Part shown: positions 45,160 to 55,579 of the stretch, piece after piece
How positions within the stretch are numbered: position 1 is the first letter of the stretch
Layout of the letters: each line of letters begins with the position of its first letter
Virus record (IMG/VR): IMGVR_UViG_3300033149_000238
DNA: 64,000 bases
Direction: 5' to 3' (one strand)
Origin: an uncultured virus (IMG/VR IMGVR_UViG_3300033149_000238)
Taxonomy: Duplodnaviria; Heunggongvirae; Uroviricota; Caudoviricetes
The notes under the pieces: model-generated
Told to the model about the DNA's origin: nothing
The model's database searches: none
The model's input: the letters and a program-made list of their open reading frames with translations, nothing else
Program-made: the position numbers and the translations under genes

Positions 45160-47157
45160 TTAAAATAATTCTAGTTGGTTAGACGATACTGTAAGTATAT
45201 TATTAATCTCTGTCTCAATAGCACTTAGATAATATCCTTGATTTATATTATAGTTTTCCCATTTAGGTTCTACTTTCATATTATTGAATACAGTCTGCAG
45301 CCACTTGCCAGATTCTAATTGTATCTCCCGGTCATCTTTCTTATTCACTTTAACAATCTTAACTCCATTATTAGAGATATAGTATCTATTAATCTTTTGC
45401 AGATCTTCCTCAAGATACTCTCCGTTCTTTACAAACTTAGCAACCTGCTTCCAATCACCCTTAGATTTACCACCTATACAGTAATCTAAAATATTCTTAT
45501 TATCTTTTAGATAGTCCTCAGGTAATACATTGTGTACAAAGTATTGATATATAGCCTTGGGTATCACTAATTTAGATTTATTTTTATGCAATTGCAAATT
45601 ATGAAAGTCAAAACGTCCCTTTAATTTTACAGGAGCAAAGCTAAACTTGTCATTGTCTACTTTAAATAGATAGTGAGGCTGACTTTGTTTAACTTCTCTC
45701 CACTTTGTGATGTCAACTTCTACAAAGTTATTCACGCCAATATAATTATTGACATCAGCAAGTACTAGCTTTTGATATTCATCATGTTCTAGTTGTAAAT
45801 TTGTTTGCTCTTCCCATTCTCTACATATTTGCATATAATTATCAACGTGATCCCTTGGTATTATGGTTTCTATACCATCTGTATTATGTAGCAATGCTAC
45901 AGCACCGGGTATTCTCTCCATGATCTGCTCATACAGCATCATTAGAGTCAATTGACCATTAATAGTAATACGTAAACAAAGTTCAGGGTCATAAAAGAAA
46001 CTCTTATCATCATTGCTTAAACCAAATGTACTATTAAGTATAATTTTATATACATAGTTCATAGGGTTGCTCTTAGGTATCTTCTTTCTTTCATTAAAGA
46101 ACCATTCATACTGATTGCAAAACTCTTCTTTTGGAAAATGACCTGGAGCAAACTTATTCTTAATAGCAAGATTAGGATAGAAACTAGTCACATCTGATGA
46201 CATAATAACCATATCATCAGTAGACTCATAAACTCCCTTGTCCCGTGCACCGTGGACACCACCTAAACCAAAGTGAGTCTTAACATTTTTATAGTTTACA
46301 CTATATTTAAAACTGCCTTTAAGTTTATTCCCTGTTACTTCTAGAGATTTAAACCTATCAAGTAGCATGTTAAACTCTGGAGATGTGAAAGAGATGTACG
46401 GTAATATAATATCTTTTACCTTTACTATATCTCTATAAGTTCTCATACCTCTTAGGTCCCGCTTGGGTATATTCAGCATCTGACGTAAGAAATATCCAAA
46501 TACCTCTTTACTTATCCTTGGTTCTGAAGCACTAAAGAGATTGATACCATATGTTTTAGTAAGTTCTTTTCTTAATTTTATCTGTGATTTTGATCTGTTG
46601 AATATTTCTTTTGTTGACCTCACGTCATTAATACAATATTCTAAGATGGTATCTATCTGTTCTTTAGTTTCTATCTTTGTATCATGATGGATAGGCATGT
46701 CTAATATATTCTGCCAATCCATACTATACTGAATCCACTTCAGACTGGACCGTTTAGCAGGGTTATCCCAATGGTGCATCTTAAACAGATCTATCTGACC
46801 TATCTTCATCTTCCATTGTGCATAATCACTAAACTCTTTATTGTTTGCTTTCTGAATGCAGACCTGTGCATACTTAAATATAGCAGAAGCTATATCACAA
46901 CCACTAAGCCCTGTCCAACTTTCATAATTATCTAATATATAATGAGTGACTTGTGCATCAAAGGCCAATCCATTGTAGGATATATGCCACTCTTTGTTTT
47001 GTATATTTTGTTTTAAGAAATCTATGAAGATATCTGTATCATTTTGCAGATCATGTATGACAAAGACTTCAGTTTCCTGAGTCTTGTAATGTTCAAACAC
47101 GGCTGTAAAACAATTAGATAAGGTTTCATAATCCATTACCCAGTGTTTCATATGCAT
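45160..47157 (-). CDS. polB: Family B DNA polymerase with 3'-5' exonuclease
   Basis: ExoI DYE, ExoII YNGLAFD, ExoIII YCINDV; polymerase motifs SDVTSFYP, KIILNSTFG and NTDG. Confidence 0.92.
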   Translation of the reverse strand: MHMKHWVMDYETLSNCFTAVFEHYKTQETEVFVIHDLQNDTDIFIDFLKQNIQNKEWHISYNGLAFDAQVTHYILDNYESWTGLSGCDIASAIFKYAQVCIQKANNKEFSDYAQWKMKIGQIDLFKMHHWDNPAKRSSLKWIQYSMDWQNILDMPIHHDTKIETKEQIDTILEYCINDVRSTKEIFNRSKSQIKLRKELTKTYGINLFSASEPRISKEVFGYFLRQMLNIPKRDLRGMRTYRDIVKVKDIILPYISFTSPEFNMLLDRFKSLEVTGNKLKGSFKYSVNYKNVKTHFGLGGVHGARDKGVYESTDDMVIMSSDVTSFYPNLAIKNKFAPGHFPKEEFCNQYEWFFNERKKIPKSNPMNYVYKIILNSTFGLSNDDKSFFYDPELCLRITINGQLTLMMLYEQIMERIPGAVALLHNTDGIETIIPRDHVDNYMQICREWEEQTNLQLEHDEYQKLVLADVNNYIGVNNFVEVDITKWREVKQSQPHYLFKVDNDKFSFAPVKLKGRFDFHNLQLHKNKSKLVIPKAIYQYFVHNVLPEDYLKDNKNILDYCIGGKSKGDWKQVAKFVKNGEYLEEDLQKINRYYISNNGVKIVKVNKKDDREIQLESGKWLQTVFNNMKVEPKWENYNINQGYYLSAIETEINNILTVSSNQLELF

Positions 47158-47174
47158 TTTTAGTTTTTATAGCC

Positions 47175-47207
47175 AAAAAAAGCCTACGTCAATAGGCTTC
47201 TTTTTTT
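47175..47207 (-). terminator. Intrinsic terminator (possibly bidirectional) upstream of polB
   Basis: AAGCCTA-N6-TAGGCTT stem flanked by A7 and T7 runs. Confidence 0.65.
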
Positions 47208-47230
47208 ATAGTCAATAGAGTTATAGGAGG

Positions 47231-47647
47231 CTATTGACCAGGTAAAATAATTGGTGATGTTTTAGTCTCCTTTACATCAACAAAGTACTCTTTATAATCA
47301 AATGTATCTGCATTCACAGCAAACATATGAATAAAAGTTTCTATATCAGTTTTATCATTAAGATAAAATTCAGAGAATGTATCTACTAATCTTCTCTCTT
47401 CTTTTACAGTCTTACCAGTTTGCATGTTTGGTTTCTTTAATCTCATTGGTTGACCTTCATCATCTAATTTAGGAACCATGTGATAAGATTGTTTCATTAC
47501 TTTACTGATAACAGCTAAGATGCCTGATGCAGGATCAAACATAGCTTCTACATATGGTGAGTCTTGACTCACTGGAATTAATGTAAATGATTTAGCATTC
47601 CTAAATGTGGAATGAACTAACATCATATTCTGACCTATTTGTGCCAT
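47231..47647 (-). CDS. Conserved-type hypothetical protein (138 aa)
   Basis: ORF with its own promoter element and a downstream terminator. Confidence 0.65.
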   Translation of the reverse strand: MAQIGQNMMLVHSTFRNAKSFTLIPVSQDSPYVEAMFDPASGILAVISKVMKQSYHMVPKLDDEGQPMRLKKPNMQTGKTVKEERRLVDTFSEFYLNDKTDIETFIHMFAVNADTFDYKEYFVDVKETKTSPIILPGQ

Positions 47648-47657
47648 ATTGGTTTAT

Positions 47658-48230
47658 TTATTTTGTCAAAGATATGGAACTTTCTTTTAATAATTGATAC
47701 AAAACATAATTATTATCAACTAAAATTTCTTTTTCCAAGTCTGGTGCAGTACATACCTCATGTACTTTTTGTAGTATATCTAGTTTAACATTAAGTTTAT
47801 TAGCATATTCTTCATGTACATCTTCTGGAGATAAAAACCCTTGTATATAATTTACAGTTTTCTTATCATCAAAGTAATCTAATATAGTTACTTTGGTTGA
47901 TAAACTAAACTGAGAGTATTTACCATCTATAAATCTTTTCCAATCATTTTTGAATCTACTAAAGTCAAACATAAACAGCTGTTCTTTCTCTGATAAAGAA
48001 GTAAAAGCTCTGTACATAGGATGGGGTATTAGATGCCTCTTTGCAAATACATTAAAAGAGTCTGTTAACTTTGTATTATATAAACATAGAAACATCATAT
48101 CTTCAGTCTCATAAACGTCACTCCACCCAATATAAGTTTGAGAAGGAACATATTTCAGTCCCTTCCTAAACTTTAATAAAGGATACAAGAAGACCTTACT
48201 CTTCTGAAAATATTCTGTATATACTCCCAT
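47658..48230 (-). CDS. Hypothetical protein (190 aa)
   Basis: ORF in the replication block. Confidence 0.65.
   Translation of the reverse strand: MGVYTEYFQKSKVFLYPLLKFRKGLKYVPSQTYIGWSDVYETEDMMFLCLYNTKLTDSFNVFAKRHLIPHPMYRAFTSLSEKEQLFMFDFSRFKNDWKRFIDGKYSQFSLSTKVTILDYFDDKKTVNYIQGFLSPEDVHEEYANKLNVKLDILQKVHEVCTAPDLEKEILVDNNYVLYQLLKESSISLTK
47667..47674 (-). promoter_or_regulatory. Bacteroidota -7 promoter element TATCTTTG
   Basis: Exact TAnnTTTG match about 20 nt upstream of ATG 47647. Confidence 0.55.
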
Positions 48231-48231
48231 A

Positions 48232-49224
48232 CTATAATTTAACCTTATTTACTAACATATCCATTGGAAGAGAGTAATTTCTGCTATTATAGTGGAATTT
48301 TGCTACATTTAATACACCCGCAAAGCCATCTGCCCAGTCATTTATTGTCTGATCAGTGACATCAAACACATATACTTGATAGTATTTATCTATTACTATG
48401 AACTTAAATTGTATCTTGTATTCATCTCTATCATCTCCAAGAGAATCATATACTAACTTCATATATATAGCTGCTTGTAACCAATAATTATAGAAGTCAA
48501 TTGTCTCTTTGAAGTCTGAAACAGTTTTACCTGTTGTCTTCAAGTCAACTATAGTAACTTCTTTCTTATCAGTATCTACTTTATAGAAATCTACATAACC
48601 ATGTAAACCAAAATCACAGTCAACTAATTCTGATTTAAGATATTGTTCTTTGTAATATGTAACTGGATCTAAATCAAAATCTGTTGGTGCATCATTTACT
48701 AGTATATCTAGTACCTCTTCATTATTCTTCAGGTAATTTATACTAACACCAACTCTATCAAATGTATCTCTGTCTATTACATCTTTATCTCTATTATTTA
48801 TAAACTTCCAATACATTTCTGCTTCTTCAGTTCTAATCTTATTTAATCTAGCTTCATCAGCTTTTAAAGATTGATATAGATTCATAGACTTGAGTGAGTC
48901 TAATATAACAAACTCTTCACAATCAGCAAGGGTCTTTGCATCTGTATGGAATGTCATATCTTTTAAGACTTTACGTATGTTATCACTAGGAAGTTTATCA
49001 GGAACCAGCTCAAACTTCTTATCAAAGCTTTCTGGTTCAAACATCAAACAATGCAATAGCTTCCCTTCTATCAAATGTTTATCTGTTTTAATCTCACGAT
49101 CCTGTAGTATATAGTCCTTATAAAATAAATAAGGAGAAAATATAAGTTTATTTAAAGAGGAATAGCTAAAGCAAAAATCTTTATTTGCATAGAACTCTTC
49201 CTCTTTCTTTTCATCTTTATGCAT
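48232..49224 (-). CDS. PD-(D/E)xK exonuclease (RecE/RecB-like)
   Basis: SYSSL, G.LLH, GYVD, DLKT and YWLQAAIY motifs. Confidence 0.8.
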   Translation of the reverse strand: MHKDEKKEEEFYANKDFCFSYSSLNKLIFSPYLFYKDYILQDREIKTDKHLIEGKLLHCLMFEPESFDKKFELVPDKLPSDNIRKVLKDMTFHTDAKTLADCEEFVILDSLKSMNLYQSLKADEARLNKIRTEEAEMYWKFINNRDKDVIDRDTFDRVGVSINYLKNNEEVLDILVNDAPTDFDLDPVTYYKEQYLKSELVDCDFGLHGYVDFYKVDTDKKEVTIVDLKTTGKTVSDFKETIDFYNYWLQAAIYMKLVYDSLGDDRDEYKIQFKFIVIDKYYQVYVFDVTDQTINDWADGFAGVLNVAKFHYNSRNYSLPMDMLVNKVKL

Positions 49225-50365
49225 CTTTTTCTATTATATGTTTTTGTAAATCCTCATTAAGATATATACTTTCCATATCTATCTTCCATATGTCATTTAA
49301 CGCATTGGCTTTCAATACATGTTTATGTATCATATCCTTACAAGTTTTAATAACAAATGGAGTTAACTTACCTTGTTTAATAAGAAAATTTACAAGCCTA
49401 TTATAAGTAAATCCTTGTGCTCTCTGACATCCTCCTGCTATCTCAGTAAGTCTATTCTTCATTGCTTTTACATTTACTGTATTCCAATTTGAAGTTGACT
49501 TACAATACTCAAAGTTAAAATAATATATCATAGTTACAATATCAAATGACTCTTCAAGATTACAGTTAGCCATCATCTCTAATGCAACACTTCTATCATC
49601 TATATTATCACTTCTTATCTGTGTAGTAAGGTTAACATAGTCTTCTTCTCCAAGAGTTACTAAACTTTCATCAATCTTTTTACTAATCTCTGTATCTAAT
49701 ACTATATTAGCTGTAGTCTTAGTAAGCTGATTAAATAGTTTAATCTTAGCTGGATCTGCTATGATACCACATCTCTGATGTAATGCAGTCTTTTTAGTTT
49801 CTGATATAATATCATTTACATCCTGGACATGATTAGCCTTCTGACCATGAAATGTGTTATTATATGCATATGGTATATCAATTGCAAACATATCACTATT
49901 GTGAGTATCTTCTAACATCTTACGTATGCTTGGCATAAGATCTTCATGTAACAAATCCTTCTCTCTCATTTTAATAAACATCTCATAGACTCTTCTCTTT
50001 GAGAATGCAGGATTCCAGTTGTACTTAACAAGACTCTCAATAAACTTTGTTGATACTACATGAATATCAGCAGTAACAGGATTTCTTGATACCTTAACAT
50101 CATATGAACCTTTTAATAAGTCCACCTTCTGTCTAGGTAATGACAACTTTGGGTATCTATATATAGTTTTGCCTTGTATATCTAGCTTTTCACCGGATAT
50201 TGAAAGACCTAACATCTTAGCATCCTCTGTTGTAAGATGCCAGTTGCTAGTGTTATATAAAAATATACCTTCTTTATCTAAATTAAATGACTGTGCATTA
50301 AGTTGATTTGAAGTATATGATTCTTTGCTATTTACGCTTAAACTTATTTTATAATAATTATACAT
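49217..50365 (-). CDS. Hypothetical protein of the MoxR/vWA module (382 aa), paralog of 50358-51407
   Basis: Shares a BRCT-like 'VKVSRNPVTADIHVV' segment and an 'S..DD...A' helix motif with its neighbour. Confidence 0.6.
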   Translation of the reverse strand: MYNYYKISLSVNSKESYTSNQLNAQSFNLDKEGIFLYNTSNWHLTTEDAKMLGLSISGEKLDIQGKTIYRYPKLSLPRQKVDLLKGSYDVKVSRNPVTADIHVVSTKFIESLVKYNWNPAFSKRRVYEMFIKMREKDLLHEDLMPSIRKMLEDTHNSDMFAIDIPYAYNNTFHGQKANHVQDVNDIISETKKTALHQRCGIIADPAKIKLFNQLTKTTANIVLDTEISKKIDESLVTLGEEDYVNLTTQIRSDNIDDRSVALEMMANCNLEESFDIVTMIYYFNFEYCKSTSNWNTVNVKAMKNRLTEIAGGCQRAQGFTYNRLVNFLIKQGKLTPFVIKTCKDMIHKHVLKANALNDIWKIDMESIYLNEDLQKHIIEKDA

Positions 50366-51407
50366 TTTTTAAATATTTTTGGTATTCTTTCTTTACAGAG
50401 ACTTTAAATACATACAAGTCTCTATTGTGTATTGTTATCTCACTTCTTACTCTTGGTTCTAAATATCTAAATGCTTTAGAATCCAATAGTCCTTCCTCCT
50501 CTAGATATAATATCATAGCCTCTGCATTAAAATCAGATATCTTACTAAAGTTTGACTGACTCAACCAGTACTGAATATCTTTATCTCTATTATAAGCATG
50601 GGTTATTCTATAACATTCTTGAGTCAAAACCCAGAACAGATGCAGATTTTTAGTATAATCTATGGTAGGAATAATCTTACCTGCCAAAGCTACATCATCA
50701 TTATTATGAGAATTAACTTGAGCAATTATATCACTTAATAATTCTTCATCTAATATACATCTATTTGCTGAACTATGCAATACTGTTCCAACGTCTACAA
50801 CATCTAATGAACCTGTATCTATAAGATGAGCTATGTTAACTGCAAGACCTGTAATCATCCAATTATCATACAAAGCTTCATCAGTCTCTAAATCATAATA
50901 TCTAATCCTTTTAGTGATCTTTTCATCTATAATAACTGGACCATCATAGTTCTGGATTAAACTATTTATAGGTGATGAACTCTGACTTATAGAACCTTCT
51001 ATAGTAGTTTCATAGTTCCATAGCTTAGACATCATAGATGTAGTTGGAATATTCTCACCATTTTGTAATTGTCTTCCAGAGAATCTACCATGTGTAACTA
51101 TAAGATCTGCTAGCTCATAATCATTAGTAACTGTAATCTTATGCTCTCTTAATGCAGCTTTAATTCTGTCAAGTGATACCTCACTGTTAGGCAGTACAAA
51201 AGCTTTCTTGTACATTTGTAATGTCTGATCAGTAACCGTATCCTTATACAATATAGAATGTATTTTTTCATATGTAGTTACATCTTGTGTAACTAGTACT
51301 TCTTCCACACTATGGTTGACGATGACTCCGTATTTAGAGTCACCATCAAGCCCAAAATGTTTTAAAGCATCAGTATTAAATTGTTGATATACTGTCTTCT
51401 TTGCCAT
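50358..51407 (-). CDS. Hypothetical protein of the MoxR/vWA module (349 aa)
   Basis: 'ITVTNDYELADLIVT' and 'SHNNDDVALA' segments. Confidence 0.6.
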   Translation of the reverse strand: MAKKTVYQQFNTDALKHFGLDGDSKYGVIVNHSVEEVLVTQDVTTYEKIHSILYKDTVTDQTLQMYKKAFVLPNSEVSLDRIKAALREHKITVTNDYELADLIVTHGRFSGRQLQNGENIPTTSMMSKLWNYETTIEGSISQSSSPINSLIQNYDGPVIIDEKITKRIRYYDLETDEALYDNWMITGLAVNIAHLIDTGSLDVVDVGTVLHSSANRCILDEELLSDIIAQVNSHNNDDVALAGKIIPTIDYTKNLHLFWVLTQECYRITHAYNRDKDIQYWLSQSNFSKISDFNAEAMILYLEEEGLLDSKAFRYLEPRVRSEITIHNRDLYVFKVSVKKEYQKYLKNV

Positions 51408-51408
51408 T

Positions 51409-52680
51409 TTATTTCATAGTCATTTTGACAATCTCAGGGATCATCATTAGTTTATTAAATTTACTTTTATTACCATTAAAGATGGTTCTAACAATAAGAT
51501 ACTGTAGATCATTAGTAAAATAATCTAGTGTACACAGAGCTTTAAGTCTATCAGTAATCTTCTGGTTAATAGTATTATCTTTAGAATATACTACAGAATA
51601 ATTACCAAGTCTTGTAGCTAATGTAGATGCAATATCTGCACGGTATGAATCATCTTTACCAATACAAGATCTAAGCTCATTAAGAATATATTGTTCATTA
51701 TCATGTGTCAATAAATCTTTAGGTGTAACAAGCTTGTCCAATTTGTTATTAATAAATGTAGTAAACATAGAAGCAAATGCATCTCCAACACTACCCTCAC
51801 CAATCATTTGGATCATAGATAGATTATCTTCAAAACTATCAAAGCTTGATATAGCATTGAAGAATGTTGTAATAGATCTTGCATTTGTTTCTTGAGTTAC
51901 TAACTCTGGGTGAAGCAACAGGAAGTTGATACATCTAGTATCAATCCCTGCTTCCTCTGCCCATGCTGCCCATACATTAACATCAAACTTCAAGTTAGCG
52001 GTTACATATCTAGTCTTCTGTGCTGAGTCAACACTGTTAACCATATAATCTCCGTTGTCTGGGTTTGCTGTCAAAATTATGTGCCAGTCTTTTGGTAATG
52101 TCCATGAGATATAACTCTGACGGTCCACTAATTCCATAACTGCTTGAATAAACCTTACATCAGCACGGTTCCAGTCATCTAGTAGTAGGATACCACCTTC
52201 TTTCTTATCTGCAATCCATTCTGGTGCACAATAAGACATTCTATTCTTACCAGTCATCTTGTATCCATTCTTTAGATACTCTTGTACTGCTAGCTCATCA
52301 ACCCACATACCTACTTTCTTAGTTGTAGTTGTGGTATTTAAGTTAGCAAGGCTTGCTCCAGCAGCTCTTTGTGTAGCTGTGACCATAGCTAAGTTATTTG
52401 CTGGTTTAGTGATAGTCTTCTCTTTGTACATCTGGAATTGACGCACTGGGAAACCAACAAGATCACCTAGCTCCTCAATCTGTGCTAGATTAAGTTTTAC
52501 AAAGTTTAGTTTATTTTCTTTTGCTAGTTCTAATATACTTGAAGTTTTACCAATACCTGATTCACCTACAACCTCAACAGATACAGAGTTCTTACCGTCC
52601 TTCTGTAAAAATCTGTTGTTAGTAATAATGTGATTAATAAATCCTTTAAGTTCTGTTACATTTAAATTTACTTGTGCCAT
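51409..52680 (-). CDS. MoxR-like AAA+ ATPase (423 aa)
   Basis: Walker A GESGIGKT, 'GDLVGFP', Walker B ILLLDD, sensor TANP; adjacent to a vWA gene. Confidence 0.85.
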   Translation of the reverse strand: MAQVNLNVTELKGFINHIITNNRFLQKDGKNSVSVEVVGESGIGKTSSILELAKENKLNFVKLNLAQIEELGDLVGFPVRQFQMYKEKTITKPANNLAMVTATQRAAGASLANLNTTTTTKKVGMWVDELAVQEYLKNGYKMTGKNRMSYCAPEWIADKKEGGILLLDDWNRADVRFIQAVMELVDRQSYISWTLPKDWHIILTANPDNGDYMVNSVDSAQKTRYVTANLKFDVNVWAAWAEEAGIDTRCINFLLLHPELVTQETNARSITTFFNAISSFDSFEDNLSMIQMIGEGSVGDAFASMFTTFINNKLDKLVTPKDLLTHDNEQYILNELRSCIGKDDSYRADIASTLATRLGNYSVVYSKDNTINQKITDRLKALCTLDYFTNDLQYLIVRTIFNGNKSKFNKLMMIPEIVKMTMK

Positions 52681-52689
52681 TTTCTTTTA

Positions 52690-53853
52690 TTAATTAAGTT
52701 GAATTTTCTTTCCTGGTAACTCTTCATTTATACTACAGTTTGAACTGTGTACCCATAACGTATTGTTTGGACAGTTCTCTGGAGCATAAGCCTCACCATC
52801 TGTTAAATATATTAAAGCAGTATATCTACTCCTCTTCTCATTATAATGATCAATTACTGGTTGGAAGCTAGTCCCACCACGACCATGTATTTCCCAATCT
52901 CTTTTTGGATTAAACTCTTTGACAGTATGTAGTTTAGTATCACACTGAGCCACTGTAATCTTATGACCTGTCTTATGCATATGCGTAAGCTCACTAAAGA
53001 ATTCTTTTAGCTCATCATTATTTACTGATCCACTTGTGTCAACACCAACAAGAATATGATTCTTGAATTTAATCTTAAGACCTGGATTAGCTGAGTATCT
53101 TTTATTATACTTACGTCTCAGCTTTTTAGTATATACTATACTAGAGTTGCCTACAAATCTTTTTAGATATCCTTTCCAATCAAACTTTGGTGGTTCAACA
53201 TGCAAAATTCTATCTATAATATTCTTAAGCTCTCCCGGTATATTACCACACTTCTTTATGGTCTGTTGTGCTGCCTCTTTTAGCTGATGTTCTATTTGTT
53301 TTTGTAATAGTTTCTTATCAGCCTCTGACATATCATTAAAGTCATCCCATGTAGTGTGACAATATGGTGTTTCTCCTTGCATCTGACTCATCAAAGAATC
53401 TAATGTTGGAGACGTTCCATCCTGTTGTGCTTCTAACAGTTTCTCATAGTAATAGTTAGTACCTTTCTTCTTCTCTAAGTCTAATTCAGGAAAACTACTG
53501 AGCAATAAACCACCCTCTGGTAATCTATCTGCTCTTATATATTGATTGATCTCTAAGTCTGCAGCAATATTAAATAGTTTCTTGTCTGCATATCTGGATC
53601 TAAGAACTAAATGCCCAAATGCTATATGTAATAGCTCATGCTTTATTAGACCTAACCTATGATCAGGTGATAAGTCTGTAAAGAACTCAGGGTTTATAGT
53701 TAATTGTACTCCAATATTATTCTTACTTACACCTGCTGTAGGTATAAGTATGCTATATTTCTTATTGATACCAATCAAAAAGAGCCCGTACAAGGGCTCA
53801 GAAAATATTAAAGTCTTGGTTGCCTTTGCAACACTATCTTGAATATTAATCAT
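52690..53853 (-). CDS. DUF2201-like metallopeptidase plus vWA domain protein (387 aa)
   Basis: HELLH and NIAADLEIN; MIDAS DTSGS; GRGGTSF; LTDG. Confidence 0.85.
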   Translation of the reverse strand: MINIQDSVAKATKTLIFSEPLYGLFLIGINKKYSILIPTAGVSKNNIGVQLTINPEFFTDLSPDHRLGLIKHELLHIAFGHLVLRSRYADKKLFNIAADLEINQYIRADRLPEGGLLLSSFPELDLEKKKGTNYYYEKLLEAQQDGTSPTLDSLMSQMQGETPYCHTTWDDFNDMSEADKKLLQKQIEHQLKEAAQQTIKKCGNIPGELKNIIDRILHVEPPKFDWKGYLKRFVGNSSIVYTKKLRRKYNKRYSANPGLKIKFKNHILVGVDTSGSVNNDELKEFFSELTHMHKTGHKITVAQCDTKLHTVKEFNPKRDWEIHGRGGTSFQPVIDHYNEKRSRYTALIYLTDGEAYAPENCPNNTLWVHSSNCSINEELPGKKIQLN

Positions 53854-54160
53854 CTGTTATTTTATTAAGTATTTCATTATATATTTCATCCATTTTATTT
53901 ATATCTATATAGGCATATATGTTCTTGGTATCCATATCAGACATTCCCATCTGAAATGTATACTGAACTGCAATAGAAAAGTCAACTCTCTCTTTAAACA
54001 TCAAAGCTTTACACATTAACCTGTCTAATATATCTTTATCTTGATACTGTTCTTGGTATATAGCTAGTGCTATAGCTGCATCTTCTTTGCTTCCACTGAA
54101 CATATCCCTTAGAGTAAAAAACTCATCTATTGTTATTATCTTTCTAGATTTCTTCTTCAT
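53846..54160 (-). CDS. Hypothetical protein (104 aa)
   Basis: Overlaps neighbours; 'LRDMFSGSKEDAAIA' motif. Confidence 0.6.
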   Translation of the reverse strand: MKKKSRKIITIDEFFTLRDMFSGSKEDAAIALAIYQEQYQDKDILDRLMCKALMFKERVDFSIAVQYTFQMGMSDMDTKNIYAYIDINKMDEIYNEILNKITDD

Positions 54161-54533
54161 CTAATATTAATTCTATCCATACACCGGGGTTCTCTTTGTC
54201 ATAAGAATACTGTTTGAAGTCTGGTATAATAAACTCTGCATTATCATCTTCTATCCATCCGTGCTTAACCATATCATCCTGTACTGTTTGTGCAGGGTTA
54301 ATATAATCAAACTTATGTCTAGTCCCTCTGATAAACTCAAAACTTATTCTAACTGGTGAAGTAAGCTTATCAACTTCTTTTCTGAAGTCTTCAGCATACT
54401 TAGCATAGTACTCTTTACTAGCCTTTCTATAATTCATTACAGCTTTGCTAGCAATAAAATACTTACCAGTCCATCTTCTACCATTCTTACTACTAGGTAC
54501 ATTACCGGGTATAAACCATCTATGTTTCATCAT
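54144..54533 (-). CDS. RusA-like Holliday junction resolvase
   Basis: 'PGNVPSSKN', 'KFDYIN...QDDMVKHGWIEDDN' and 'DKENPGVWIE'. Confidence 0.7.
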   Translation of the reverse strand: MMKHRWFIPGNVPSSKNGRRWTGKYFIASKAVMNYRKASKEYYAKYAEDFRKEVDKLTSPVRISFEFIRGTRHKFDYINPAQTVQDDMVKHGWIEDDNAEFIIPDFKQYSYDKENPGVWIELILDEEEI

Positions 54534-54535
54534 AA

Positions 54536-55510
54536 TTATTTATTTAGTATTTCTTTGAGTAAAGGTCTTAGATTCTGATGAACTTGGCTTACACCTATCT
54601 TCTTAACAGCATCTGATATATCTTTACAAATAGGTAATACAAGACCATCTATTCTATACATAGATCTATATCTATCTATAGCTTTCTTACCGGCCTCATC
54701 ATTATCTAGAAGAGTTATAACTTTTTTGTATTTCTTTTTAAAGTATTCTATTATGTGTGGTTTAATCATAGTATTCTCACTATCAGGAGCAATAGTCTCT
54801 ACATTATAACCAATGCTAGCAAGACACATTGCATCTTTAAGAGAAGCACATATCACTAGATACGGCTGATTATATTGTAACTGATCATATCCCTGCAGAT
54901 AGCTTTTAACTTTATGAAACTTATGTTTACTATATGGCTGGTATATTTTATATACATCACCATCCTTATCATAATAACCATACATATACTTACCTTCTAT
55001 CTTAAGACTCTTAACCTTATAGTTCTCTTCTTTTACTAAGTTATAATACTCAATTGGCTTAACGTTATACTTATCAAGTATACTCTTACCAATATTGAAC
55101 TGCAACCAGAATGAAGCATCTGCTTCTGTCCACTCAGTATCTTTTATGAACTGAACTTCCCACTTTGGTTGAGGTGTTAGCTGTTGGGATTTGAATCCTC
55201 CAGCTTTGACATGTGCATTATAATCATTAGTAATCTTTTGAGATGCCATAGGAAAGTCTATGTTAAACATCATCTTTACAAGATCTACCTTGTTACCACT
55301 CTTACCTGTTGAGAAATCTTTAAACTTATATTGCATTGCTGCTTTATCAACATAAATACAAAAGCTTGGTGTTCTCTCATTAGGATTAAAGATGGATTTA
55401 ATCTTGATGTCTTGGCCCACAAGAGCCTCTGATAAATTTAAGTAATACTGAAATACCCAATAGCTTGGTACGTCTGATGGGTGTAGAACTAAATTCTTAG
55501 TACTAAACAT
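54536..55510 (-). CDS. DnaG-type DNA primase (Toprim domain)
   Basis: N-terminal 'ERTPSF...FKDFSTG' (degenerate zinc-binding domain), SLKD, DND..G and KDISD. Confidence 0.8.
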   Translation of the reverse strand: MFSTKNLVLHPSDVPSYWVFQYYLNLSEALVGQDIKIKSIFNPNERTPSFCIYVDKAAMQYKFKDFSTGKSGNKVDLVKMMFNIDFPMASQKITNDYNAHVKAGGFKSQQLTPQPKWEVQFIKDTEWTEADASFWLQFNIGKSILDKYNVKPIEYYNLVKEENYKVKSLKIEGKYMYGYYDKDGDVYKIYQPYSKHKFHKVKSYLQGYDQLQYNQPYLVICASLKDAMCLASIGYNVETIAPDSENTMIKPHIIEYFKKKYKKVITLLDNDEAGKKAIDRYRSMYRIDGLVLPICKDISDAVKKIGVSQVHQNLRPLLKEILNK

Positions 55511-55557
55511 TATCTAGCGTTTTCTACTTCCCACATCCATTCATAATCTGGTTCCAT
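55510..55557 (-). CDS. 15-aa mini-ORF coupled to the primase start
   Basis: MEPDYEWMWEVENAR*; its TAA overlaps the primase ATG (TAATG). Confidence 0.4.
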   Translation of the reverse strand: MEPDYEWMWEVENAR

Positions 55558-55579
55558 ATAATTAGTATTGTGTAAATCA

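Noticed and set aside
42536..47157. Claim of a 2-aminoadenine (Z) or otherwise modified genome
   Set aside because: Only the DUF5664-like gene is present; no purZ or other modification enzyme in this window.
52240..52430. Insertion in the MoxR ATPase as a possible intein
   Set aside because: Too short and lacks the C/S start and HN end splicing motifs.
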